Assembly (NCBI GenBank): GCA_029953675.1
Contig: JAMWBK010000002.1
Location: 1,798,001-1,862,000 of the forward strand
DNA length: 64,000 nt
Reading direction: 5' to 3'
Source of the DNA: Rhodosorus marinus CCMP1338
Taxonomy: Eukaryota; Plantae; Rhodophyta
Shown: piece by piece, positions 50,701 to 60,946 of the stretch
Layout of the letters: each line of letters opens with the position of its first letter
Numbering within the stretch: position 1 is the first letter of the stretch
Program-made: the position numbers and the translations under genes
Notes under the pieces: model-generated
Databases searched by the model: none
What the model was told of the DNA's origin: nothing
The model's input: only the letters and a program-made list of their open reading frames with translations

Positions 50701-52984
50701 TTCTATTTCCGGAATTCACGCCAAACTGGAAGAGTAAGAAAAAGAAATTGGGCATCTATTGGTGAAGCGCCGACGATTTCATCCAATACTAAAGTATTAT
50801 GCATTTTCCGTGGCCCAATTATTTGGCAGTCTATTTGTTGTTCTGGTCGACTGTAAGCGGGGGCGATGATGGCGAAGGCTAGTCGCCGGATGCTGATTGC
50901 TTACGCAGGTGAACAACACCAGAAGGAACCTTTCCATGGTTTTCCCTAGATTCAAAAGGAAATCATGATTGGAGTCTTGTTGGCAATAACATAGGCGACT
51001 CTTCAAACCGTCGTGGAGTCGTCAACCCATTTTTAAAGAATAATTATTCTGTTTGGCAGAATCCGGTCACATCTGTACTGGTCAAATAGATGTGTTGTGT
51101 GCCAATTTCGCATTCGATAGTATGCGAGCTCGAAAAGAAGGGATGTGCTGAGTGATTGCCCACCTTTTCGGAATAAGATCAGTGCTCAGAACAACTTTTG
51201 TATACAGTCGCACCTTTTCAATGGGTAGGGGTCCTATGACCGGGAGCAGTGACCCACCACCGTCTTCCTTTTTAAATCGAGGGTTAGGGCGTCCACGCTC
51301 GAGCGTAAAGTACCCAAATAGATTTCCCGACCTTTTGCACAGACATCACAAAGACGGGGTTTCGGAAATTTTCGTTTTCAGGGTGGGGCTGGTCCTGATT
51401 TTCTCCTGGCTGACAGTCCTTCATGCAAAGCTTAAATTGAACTTCTTTTTTCGGGCGCTTGGCGACCCAAACAAGTGAAAGACAAAGCAGATTCTCATGT
51501 CTTGCTAGGACAAGAACAAGTTTTCGAAACAAGAAAAAAGTTTGACGGTGACTTCCAGAGGTTGGGTGCTCAGGGGGTTGGAGACGCGCTCGTATGTGAG
51601 CAGATTTTCCTCAAACGTTTGCACGTTTCCGCGGTGAGGGATTCAGTAGAACATCGTTGAACATCCGTACTATGCCTGCGAAAAGAAATGTAGACTGCTA
51701 ACCAAACTTGCTGAAAGCATGGAGACGCCGATGGGAACTCTACTCGGGTTGGTCTCCCTTGGCCATAACTTTCGCCGCGAAGTACGTCCTGACCTTGACT
51801 CTTATCATAAGTGGACCAATGGAACGGTTTGTTCGCAAATGACGACGAGGGTAAGAGATTCAAGCCGCGGTTTTCCTTACCGTTAACTCAGAAAATTTCT
51901 TATGTCAGTGGTTCCTGCCAGCGAAGCTACAGTCCTCACTGACATCAGTGGTGGTGGTTATGGTAAACGTCCAAACCGCAACTTCTAGCCTGAAACGAGT
52001 GCGGTCTACCTTCCGAACCAGGCTGAAGACAATTTTCCAACTCCACAGCTGAGTGCTAGCTGACTGGAGGGCAAAGGTCGACTCTAGGAGGCTCCGAAAC
52101 GTGTTCATCAAGAGACGCTAAAACCTGGGTCAAAACCTGCGTCCCAATACGCGGTAGCAGTTTGCGCCATTCCGATGAGCCTTGGACACCTTGTCGAGGT
52201 AATTCAACAAGCGAACGAGCGTAGGGCCTAGCTCTGGAAGAAATGAAGAGACTAATGAACTTTAATCGCAGTTTCTAGGTGGCTAGGTAGATGGCCCAGC
52301 GGTTCAGCATGAGGCGTCGCGAAGGGTTTTCGACATGTGAAGGAGCATCCTGTACAGGTTCGCATAGGATGTTACGTCCAAATCCCTCGCCCAGCAAGAG
52401 AAAATGCGAAGTGGGCACCCTGCGGTCATAAGTGACCGATAGATGAGGACATGGCACATTGCGAGTGAAGGCTCTTTTCAGGGCCCGAATTCGACGCGGT
52501 GTGATTTGCTAAGTTTCGGCGAGACCGGCTGATGTCTTGAACGTAAGACGATTACTTTCTTCCCTCTCGCACAAGTTTGTGGTGAAGTGCCGTTACCCGA
52601 ATACCCGAGATGACCGACCTTCCACAGTGCGCTTGCCCTCTTTCATCAGCTTTTGACTGACTACACCTAGAAGCAAACCGCGCTTGCTCCCTCCCCATCA
52701 AGAATCAGAGCTGCCCACCTTGTCCAATGAGCAGAATTTTGCTTCCAGAATATACCCCAGGATCACGGAGGGATGTGACAATCATTCTTCAAACGGACCT
52801 TCGCTGCTCCATCAATCTCCCTTAGAAGAAAAGCTCGTTCCTCGGTGAACTTAGTTGAGACAGCTGTCCCCATTTCTTTCCCAACCGAGAAAAGTTCAGT
52901 TTCACGTTTCGACGTAAATTGAATGGAAAAGTTGAAATCGATTTTCAAAAGAGGAAAAATTTGTGTTGATGCAGATGTCATTTC

Positions 52985-53195
52985 CGTCCGACAAAAAACG
53001 TCCGATAAGCATTTGTCGGACATGCGATTAGTAATATGAAATAGAATTTTCTGTGGAATCCCGTCCGATATATGTTTATCGGACCTGAATAGAAAAATAA
53101 AAAGGCTTTGTCCGATAAATCGTCCGATAACGGCTGATTGACCCCGTCCAATACGCATTCTCAGTCAGACAACAATATTGATTGGATATCAATCT
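52985..53195. repeat. Cluster of about 8 GTCCGAY motifs in both orientations ending in ATTGATTGGATATCAAT; possible DNA-transposon end or MITE relic
   Basis: Motif copies lie near 52987, 53000, 53016, 53063, 53078, 53109, 53121 and 53146. The terminal 17-mer recurs inverted at 41204-41220. Confidence 0.5.
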
Positions 53196-54010
53196 TCTTT
53201 TAAGGACACGTGTCCCTAAATAGTCGCAGAAAGCTGCAAGTTACTGACCTCCTAAGCATATTTTGAAAGTCCGAGTAGCCATAGCGTAGGGAACAGGGCA
53301 AGGAGTAGAAGGAGGAGAGAGGGGGGTGGCCAACTATCTCTGTGAGGAGCGTGATGAAAGTATGAACTGAACCTCAAAGGAACTTGAGCCGAGGGATTAA
53401 GTCGTTCGGATTATCCAAGGGTTTCTGTGCCTACCGATGCCGCCGGGGTCGATGGCCTCTTCTTCGCTCCTCGCATGTTTAGGATACCTTTTTGGTTCCG
53501 GTGCCTTGTGGATGAAGGAAGTGGAAGGAAAACGAACGGCACAAAGAACTGCTCTTGAGAATAAGGGCGGTTGTACTCCGCGATAGGGCTAAACCGAGAA
53601 GACTCTGAAAACGCGACCAACCATGGAGTCGATCCCCAAAGTACTCGCGCTACCAGAGGACACAAGAAAACTCCCTTCGGAATGCGCTTGTACTAGACTC
53701 TAAGTCCTTGCCACCTTAGCCACCTTAGCCACCTTCTTCAACCAATGTCATGGCAGCTTGTGTTCAATAGTCTATGCACCTAAAAATTCATCGGACGGTC
53801 TATGACAACACTAATGCATTGAACTAGTTGTGCTTTTACTTCTTGCATTACAAGCCTCCAATCGGGAAGGCTGACTCCCAGCAGAGAACACCATGGTCTT
53901 GAGATTCAAGATCACGATAGTACGTTGGCCATGGGTTTGAATAGGCAAACTGCATGGAGAAGGTATCAATAGGGGATGGATTTCAAAGATAGGAAAAGCC
54001 GTTGATCGGG

Positions 54011-56431
54011 ATGAAACTGAATCGATTGATAAGTAGATTTATCAGTTGTCGTAGAATCGGGACATTGCAGCGGAATGATCCTGATTCTGTGATTGTGCTC
54101 CCCACGCACAAGCGGGTTCCGGATGAGTTGGGAGTTCTGGCAGGGACGGTGTCTCTGGCGTTGAATCGACATGGAGCAAAGTCCGTTGGTTTTTTTCGCG
54201 CTGCGGATGGTGGAGGATTTGATTCGGTTGCAATCATCAAAGACAAGTACGAGGGCGTCAAGTCTCGAAACGGAATATCTGGTCAATCTTTGATAAAGGG
54301 GTTGTCAGGCTCCACAGATCATCTCGTGGAGAGCATCGCAGATGAGTACGAGCGCTTTCGGAAGGAGAACGAAGGTTTGGATTTCGTCGTTCTGGAAGGA
54401 TTCTGGTTGCCTGGCCACTCCGATGGCTTCATGCACGAGGTCAACTCGAAACTTGCGACCAGGCTTGGGTGCAACGCCCTAGCAAACGTCGATTGTCAGG
54501 GTGATTCCAAGGCTTCTGTGGCCAGCCATGCTGAAGAACTCGTTCGTGAGCTTCGTCGTCGACTTGTACGCGTCACTGGTGTTATTCTTGTTGGTGGTTC
54601 AGGGCGCGGGTTGCGAAAATTCATGGAATCCAGACCGTTTCCGTTTGCCGGACTGATTCCAAGGGATAAGTTGCTGTCCTCACCCACATTCAGCGACCTT
54701 CGGGATCAGCTCGACGCAGAAGTATTGTGTGGGACAGACAGGAGCCTTGAGGGAACCGTAAACTCGAAGAAGGTTTCGATTGCAACAGGTTTCGATGTTC
54801 GAGATGTCACTTTCGAGCGGTTGGAGTTGCACAAAACCAGCCTCATTCGATTCATCCATAAGAAAGGTGGACTCGTATCGATTGAGGAGCTAGAGGCGCG
54901 TTTTGGGCTTGACGAAGACGTTCTAAAGGCCCTCGACGTCGACAAAGATGGAATGATAAGAGAAGAAGATATCGTTGATTACAGCAGTGCCACTCTCATC
55001 GTGACTTCCTTTGATCGAACCGACATCGTTCTCAGCGTGTTCCTGTCTGAGCTGTCGGTCCAGGACTCTGGGAGTTACTCCGGGGTAATCGTCTGCAGCT
55101 ACCAGGGAGGTTCAGGGCTGAAGGAGATTGTCAACAACGCAGCAGAAGCTTATAAGCTAAGGCTTGGCTCGGAGCACCGCCCCCTTCCTCCAGTACTGGG
55201 GGTGAAAACTGCGCTTCATGGAACTGTCAAGAACCTGCGGAGAGTGACTCCACAGCTCTCCAAGCAATCAGAAAGAAAAATCGATCGAACGATCGAAAAC
55301 TTTCGGAAGTTTGTGGATCCGGATGTGATTCTGCAGAGCATTTCTGAACCGAAGAGCCAGGTGGTTACCCCAGCGATGTTCCAGCATCAATTCCTGCAAA
55401 GGGCTGCAAAGAAGCAGCGAAGGATCGTTCTGCCAGAGGGTACCGAACCAAGAATATTGCTCGCGGCACAGGAGTTGCTTAGAAAACAAGTTGCAGATAT
55501 AGTCTTGCTTGGTAACGAGCAAGAAATACTCTCTGTGACAGGGGCGAACGACATAGAACTCAACGGTGCTGAGATCATCGACCCGGACAGTTCTTCCCTA
55601 ACCCAAAAGTACGTCGAGGAGTTTGTGAGGCTTAGAAAGAAGAAAGGAGCAAATGTGGACATGGCAAAGGATGCATTGCAAGATATGAACTACTTTGGGA
55701 CGATGATGGTTCAATGCGGGGACGCGGACGGAATGGTATCGGGTTCCGTAAACACAACCGCCGCCACAGTTCGGCCAGCTTTGCAGCTGATCAAGACCAA
55801 GGAGAACATCTCGATCGTCTCTTCTGTCTTCTTCATGTGCCTACCGGACAAAGTCCTCGTCTATGGCGATTGTGCCATCAACCCCAAGCCGACGTCGTCT
55901 GAGCTCGCTCAGATCGCCGTCACATCTGCGCATACTGGAGCTCAGTTTGGAATAACCCCGACTGTTGCCGTGTTATCTTTCTCATCTGGAGACCGAGCCA
56001 AGAGTCCCGAGGTCCGGCTCGTATCCGAGGCTGTCAAGCTCGCTCGTAAGCTCGATCCCAAGCTGAAGATCTACGGGCCTATTCAATATGATGCCGCGGT
56101 AAGTCCCAGCCTGCCCACAGGTTTCTCGCCAAAGAAGGCACCCGGCTTGATGCCTATGCTAACCCTTTCTTCTCTAACTCCTGGTCCACAGGTTGATGAG
56201 AACATAGCAAAAGGAAAAGGGCTGGGAATGGAAGGTCCTGCAAATATTCTGATCTTCCCCGATCTCAACACCGGCAACATTGGGTACAAAGCGGTCCAGC
56301 AGAGTACCGGTGCCTTGGCCGTTGGACCTGTGCTCCAAGGGCTGAGGAAACCCATCAACGATCTTAGCAGAGGAGCTCGAGTTGCTGATATCGTGAACAC
56401 CGTTGCCATCACAGCTTGCATGGTGGAATAG
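54011..56431 (+). CDS. pta: Long-form phosphate acetyltransferase (N-terminal P-loop-like and DRTGG-like regulatory domains plus PTA catalytic domain), probably organelle-targeted, 1 intron
   Basis: RIVLPEGTEPRIL, YFGTMMV…ADGMVSG, YGDCAINPKP, GPIQYDAA, FPDLNTGNIGYKAVQ and QGLRKPINDLSRG. Arg-rich N-terminal presequence. Intron at 56099-56191. Confidence 0.95.
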   Translation: MKLNRLISRFISCRRIGTLQRNDPDSVIVLPTHKRVPDELGVLAGTVSLALNRHGAKSVGFFRAADGGGFDSVAIIKDKYEGVKSRNGISGQSLIKGLSGSTDHLVESIADEYERFRKENEGLDFVVLEGFWLPGHSDGFMHEVNSKLATRLGCNALANVDCQGDSKASVASHAEELVRELRRRLVRVTGVILVGGSGRGLRKFMESRPFPFAGLIPRDKLLSSPTFSDLRDQLDAEVLCGTDRSLEGTVNSKKVSIATGFDVRDVTFERLELHKTSLIRFIHKKGGLVSIEELEARFGLDEDVLKALDVDKDGMIREEDIVDYSSATLIVTSFDRTDIVLSVFLSELSVQDSGSYSGVIVCSYQGGSGLKEIVNNAAEAYKLRLGSEHRPLPPVLGVKTALHGTVKNLRRVTPQLSKQSERKIDRTIENFRKFVDPDVILQSISEPKSQVVTPAMFQHQFLQRAAKKQRRIVLPEGTEPRILLAAQELLRKQVADIVLLGNEQEILSVTGANDIELNGAEIIDPDSSSLTQKYVEEFVRLRKKKGANVDMAKDALQDMNYFGTMMVQCGDADGMVSGSVNTTAATVRPALQLIKTKENISIVSSVFFMCLPDKVLVYGDCAINPKPTSSELAQIAVTSAHTGAQFGITPTVAVLSFSSGDRAKSPEVRLVSEAVKLARKLDPKLKIYGPIQYDAAVSPSLPTGFSPKKAPGLMPMLTLSSLTPGPQVDENIAKGKGLGMEGPANILIFPDLNTGNIGYKAVQQSTGALAVGPVLQGLRKPINDLSRGARVADIVNTVAITACMVE

Positions 56432-56704
56432 CGCCGTTTCATATTATCGTCAAACCAAATTCGCGCTTCCTCGTCCTGTACAAATACAACTTGTTTTATA
56501 AAACCACAGTTGAAAAGAAAGCGCAGAGTGCTGCCTCCTTGAAAACCCACGAACCCGTAAGTGGTTTGCGCATTCTGAGGGTGTAGAACGGTCGAAGAGC
56601 GATAGGTACTCCTAGCCTGAGAACTCTATGTATTTTCTCACCAATGCTTGGTCAAGTCATCCACACAGGCTCCAGACGGTTACAACACTCGCCGCGAAGC
56701 AGAA

Positions 56705-57632
56705 CTAGCGCAAGCGATCATCAAACTCTGAGTTTTTCGCGATGACTCCTGCGCTTTTAAGAGCAGTGAACGCGCTTAGCAAGTGTTCCTCCTCCATTGC
56801 GATTGATAAAGGATCTGCGTATCGCACAGCTTGAAGCCACTGTGAAGCATCTCCCCTTGCCAGGCCGTAAGTCTCCACTATGAACGAAACGGACTTCTCG
56901 CCTTCGTTTAACTTGAAGCTCTTTGCACATTGTAAAGCCTTCTGGAGTGCCCCTTTCAGTTCTTCTTGAGCAGGATTGTCTTTTTTGCAGGCAAGAACAA
57001 AGCATGGCCAAGGTGTTGGTACCTCTCCGATAGTTCGCACTTCTCCAGAGTCATGGAACGGTTTGGTCATGAACTTCTCCCACATAAAAACGTCGCAAAC
57101 GCCAGAGTTGACTGCATCGCGAAGCTGAGAGAAACCTCCGATAACTACGAACTCTAGTCCTTCGCTCCAACCTCGGTCCTTGGCCATTACCGCTGCCATA
57201 ACATGAGATCCAGACCTGGTATGAACGGGGAAAATGCAGTTAACAGAGTTTAGACCTTTTCTCAAAACCGATGAGCTGGAGAAGGTGTGATCCATACCCC
57301 ATTCTTGATACACCGAATCGCTTTCCTCTTAGCTGTTCTAATGATTCAAACTCAGTTTTTCCACCGACGTGAACTCCCCAGATGAGCTCGGAGGCGACGT
57401 ACGTGCCAATGATCTTGATATCAGAGCATTGTTGATCCTCATAGGCCTTGGCGACTACGCACTCAGTCAGTGCGACGATGCCGTCGTAGGTACCTTCAGC
57501 TAGGCCCTTGAGCATTGCACCGGATCCCTCTCGAACCTCAGAAAACTGAACGGCGACACCGTCCATCCTCCATGGGACATTGAAATGCTCTGGGACACCC
57601 CCGATCCTCACTTTTCTGTCCTTCCCATTCAT
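56705..57632 (-). CDS. Ca3427-like type 2 periplasmic-binding-fold protein (NMT1/THI5-like superfamily), 1 intron
   Basis: RIGGVPEHFNVPW, GSGAML, FGVSRMG|SGSHVM, FMWEKFMTKP and IGEVPTPWPCFV. Intron at 57216-57297. Confidence 0.82.
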
Positions 57633-58000
57633 GGTTCTTTGTTCCAATTCCTACTGTAAACTGTCCTTCTTCCTCAGTGCAGGTTCGGAGATCCGATCGT
57701 CTTCAACATGGGGTTACAGACAGAGTTGGTTTAGCCCCTTCGTCAAGATTTTGAGTTTTCCGGGCGGGTGGACTATCCACCGTGCGTGCAGAAGAGAGAA
57801 AAACAATCGTCACGAAAGTACGTTTTACTTGTAGGATTGACTTGTACAATCCAAAAACCGCTACAGATCTTCTACAACCATGAGTTGTTTTCCAAGCCAC
57901 GTCATGGCAGTGAGTGTCTAAGACGAGGGTAAAACTTAGGCGGCAACCTCTTTCACAATTCCTGAAGTTTTCAAAGTACAATTGATACCTAGGTCTTAGT

Positions 58001-58514
58001 TCACACGTAGATCGAAGCACTCCGGGAAGGGACGCCCGCTGCCTTTCGACTGATTAGGATCGAGGCGGCTGACATGTCATACTTTTCACGGCGTATTTTT
58101 GTGCTTTTCTCCTTCATGGTGGGTTCATCTCTAATAACCTCTATTCGGTCCGAAGCCTTTCTTCTTCTTCTTCTTCTTGTCAGCCTCCTGAGAAATTTCC
58201 TCTGCGCTTTTCTGTGCGTAACTCTGGTTGCCGTTGGACTCATTCGATGCCACAGGTTTGGTAGTATTGTTCGTCTTTTCTTCAGTCTCCTTCTCCGCAG
58301 CCGCCGCACTCTTTCTCCCAGAGGGAGCCACACCAGCAGCGATCAAAGCTGCACTGGCAAGAACCGCAGCCACAAGTTGTCTTCGGCCGGAAGTCTTCTC
58401 CTCCAGTGATAAACATATTCTCTGTCTTCTCTCAACCTTCAATCCTCGATATCTTCTATCCTGAATGCCCACCACTCCACTCGGAACAAACGCTAAACGA
58501 GTTAAGTCATCCAT
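58001..58514 (-). CDS. Plastid protein with twin-arginine thylakoid-transfer signal; 3' structure unresolved
   Basis: Transit-like LAFVPSG…, then SGRRQLVAAVLASAALIAAG (RR plus hydrophobic core) and an A-X-A site, followed by a charged Lys-rich segment. Confidence 0.55.
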
Positions 58515-59253
58515 CGTTGTGGCTCTGTTTTCAACCATCAACTCTTCCAAAACAGGTAGTTTGGACTCCCACTCTATACTAACAACCGTAATCTAGTTCG
58601 ACCTTGGTCCCTCCGATCTCCTCTTTCAGCGTCCTCTCTTCCCAGTTTGGTACTCAGAAAGTCTGTCAGATTTCTTCCAAAAGTGTTGTGGTTGTCTATA
58701 TCATTTAGGAGTCCATCGTCCTCATTATAATAGAAATTTGAGCTGCTTCACACCACTTTCAGAGAACCATGCAGATGTCAACAGGCTTCTTGTCCAGGGT
58801 TTTGATGGTCAGGCTTGTCAATGGAGTTTAAGAGTGATTTCCCCTGTGTCTACACAGTGAACGACCGGCAAATCCGCTCTCCTAAGTCCATCGAACTGTT
58901 CTACTTTCCGGCTAGAAGGTTCTTCTGATTGTATATGAAATCTGAAGATTGTGAACCATCTTCTTCATGGCCAAACCACAAGCTGGATAGAACCGCATCC
59001 AACGGAGTTTCTTTTGGCAAGGGAGAAAAGTGAACTCTTCGGCATTGGAAAGGCGTTGGGGACGAGTCAATCTTCTACGGAGCTTCGCAGTGTCAACATC
59101 ATCAGCGTGGTGATGTGGACAGATTCATCATTGGCTGAGGAAACCCATACTGAGCTACAAGAGAAGCTTGATCAGGTTTGCTTCTTCAACTTCTGATATT
59201 GCTTGGAGGTTTCGTTTGCCCACGTCCGTATTGCTTGTGGGTGTTTAGAATCC

Positions 59254-60018
59254 ATGGGAAGGTCGTTCTCTCGATCTCAGAAGGAAGCATGTTGGGACGA
59301 GGTAAGCAGCTACCAAAAGCGCTATTAGAAAACTCTGTCTCGCTCATTGGATCGATCAGATACTAGCAATGCAAAATAAACCACAGGCTGCGGCTGTACC
59401 TGGAAGGGATCCAGAGCGATGGCGACTTGATCGGTAATGAGCATCCACGAAAACCAGAGAAACAATCCATCCATATGAAGGCTGACTTGTTCCGCCATAC
59501 CCCGTGTCCAGGTACAACAATCCCGTATGTCGACGTCTTCGGGGATGTGATGGATGTCTTTGTCATGAGTTTGATCACATCCAGCCGGTAAATGCAGTCA
59601 ATTCACTTTGCTCTTAGTCAGTCCGATTGCATGATGTCCGATCTCATGGAGATGTTTTCTGTGTCCTAGCATTCCAAAGGTGGTCCTTCGTCGCTTGCAA
59701 ACTGTCAACTTCTTCAGACCAGAGTGAATCGAAGAAAGGTATGGTATTATGCCGGCGTTGCTGCTTGTCCAGGCACTGAAGGGATTCACTGGCTGCTTTT
59801 GTTCGATGAAGGGAAACCAAGAGTTCGATGACGCACGGATGGAAGAGCTAGGCTGCGAGATAAAGTTCTCAGAGCGAGAGCTTGATCTCGTCGAGATGGC
59901 GGTTTATGGAAATGTTCGCCGTTCTGGACTCAACTGTAGATGCAAAAGCGTTGACGAGATGCACAAGTCGATGGAAGACATGAAAACTAGAAAGGCCAAA
60001 GGTGAATCATCTTCTTGA
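59254..60018 (+). CDS. Plant/algal-type HNH endonuclease-domain protein, 4 introns
   Basis: Spliced product: KEACWDE|AAAVPGRDPERWRLDR|YNNPVCRRLRGCDGCLCHEFDHIQP|HSKGGPSSLANCQLLQTRVNRRK|GNQ…ELDLVEMAVYGNVRRSGLNCRCKS. The six-frame track misses it. The start could lie further upstream. Confidence 0.85.
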
Positions 60019-60946
60019 GGTCCTCGGACTAGGACAACAGCCTCTATTAAAAGCTTGAGTCTCGTCTCGAAAGCTCCGCGGCGATAATGATCTGGGCAAA
60101 CGATATGCCTTCCTCGCGCTTCAACTTGCAACATGACAATCGTCCATTCTTTGGGCAGCAAGTGGAATTTCCTCTCCTCCTTTCCTCAACAACTTCAAAC
60201 GCTTCTTCTTAAGCGGAAACCTTTCACGTCCACCTACCGCTCTCACACCGTCTAGCTGAACACCTGACGAGTACCTCATCATCAACAACAGCTCGAGCGG
60301 CAAGGACCAGAGCTTAAGTCGCGACCTCATTCCAGGCAGTAGAATATGCTCCAGCCCCTCGTAAACTCTCAGACTCATCCTCCATGTTCTTCAAGTATCA
60401 TTTTGTCTCTTGCTATGTACAAACTACTCTCTCATCAATTACTATCAACGACTACCACGAAAGGGTTTGTCAACGTTCCGGGCTTGTCCCCGAACGTTAA
60501 TCAAGTAGGATTTCTGATGTGTTCCGAGGAGGAGAGCGCTTCGGTCGTGACGAGGGAGGCGGGAGTGTGATGACGATGATAAAGGAAATTGTGGATGAGT
60601 AAGTGAGCGTGTTTTCTTTTCTGTGGAATAATATCGAACTTTAGGTTTGATTTTTTTCATCGTGTAGTTTTTGGGGTTTTCTTTTTTTATTAGTTCTTTG
60701 TAGAACGTCATTGCGAAGAGGAAGAGGTGCGCGTTAAACAGCGACGGGGTGTGTTGAGTTTTTGAGCCTTCTTAGGGCGGGTTTGGAGAGGAGCTGTAGT
60801 CTTCTGATTTCTCACGTGAATTGGTGAAGTCGTCGTAAGGAAGAGGGGGAGTGGGGCTGTGCGGTGAGTTGTGTTGAGGAAGGAGTGATTTTGGGTTGCG
60901 TGGAAAGACGGCTGGGAGGACTTGAGTGATTGCTTAGTGGGCAAGA

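Noticed and set aside
59254-60018. HNH nuclease as a mobile or defence element
   Set aside because: It matches the conserved plant/algal HNH family, has four spliceosomal introns, and has no flanking repeats.
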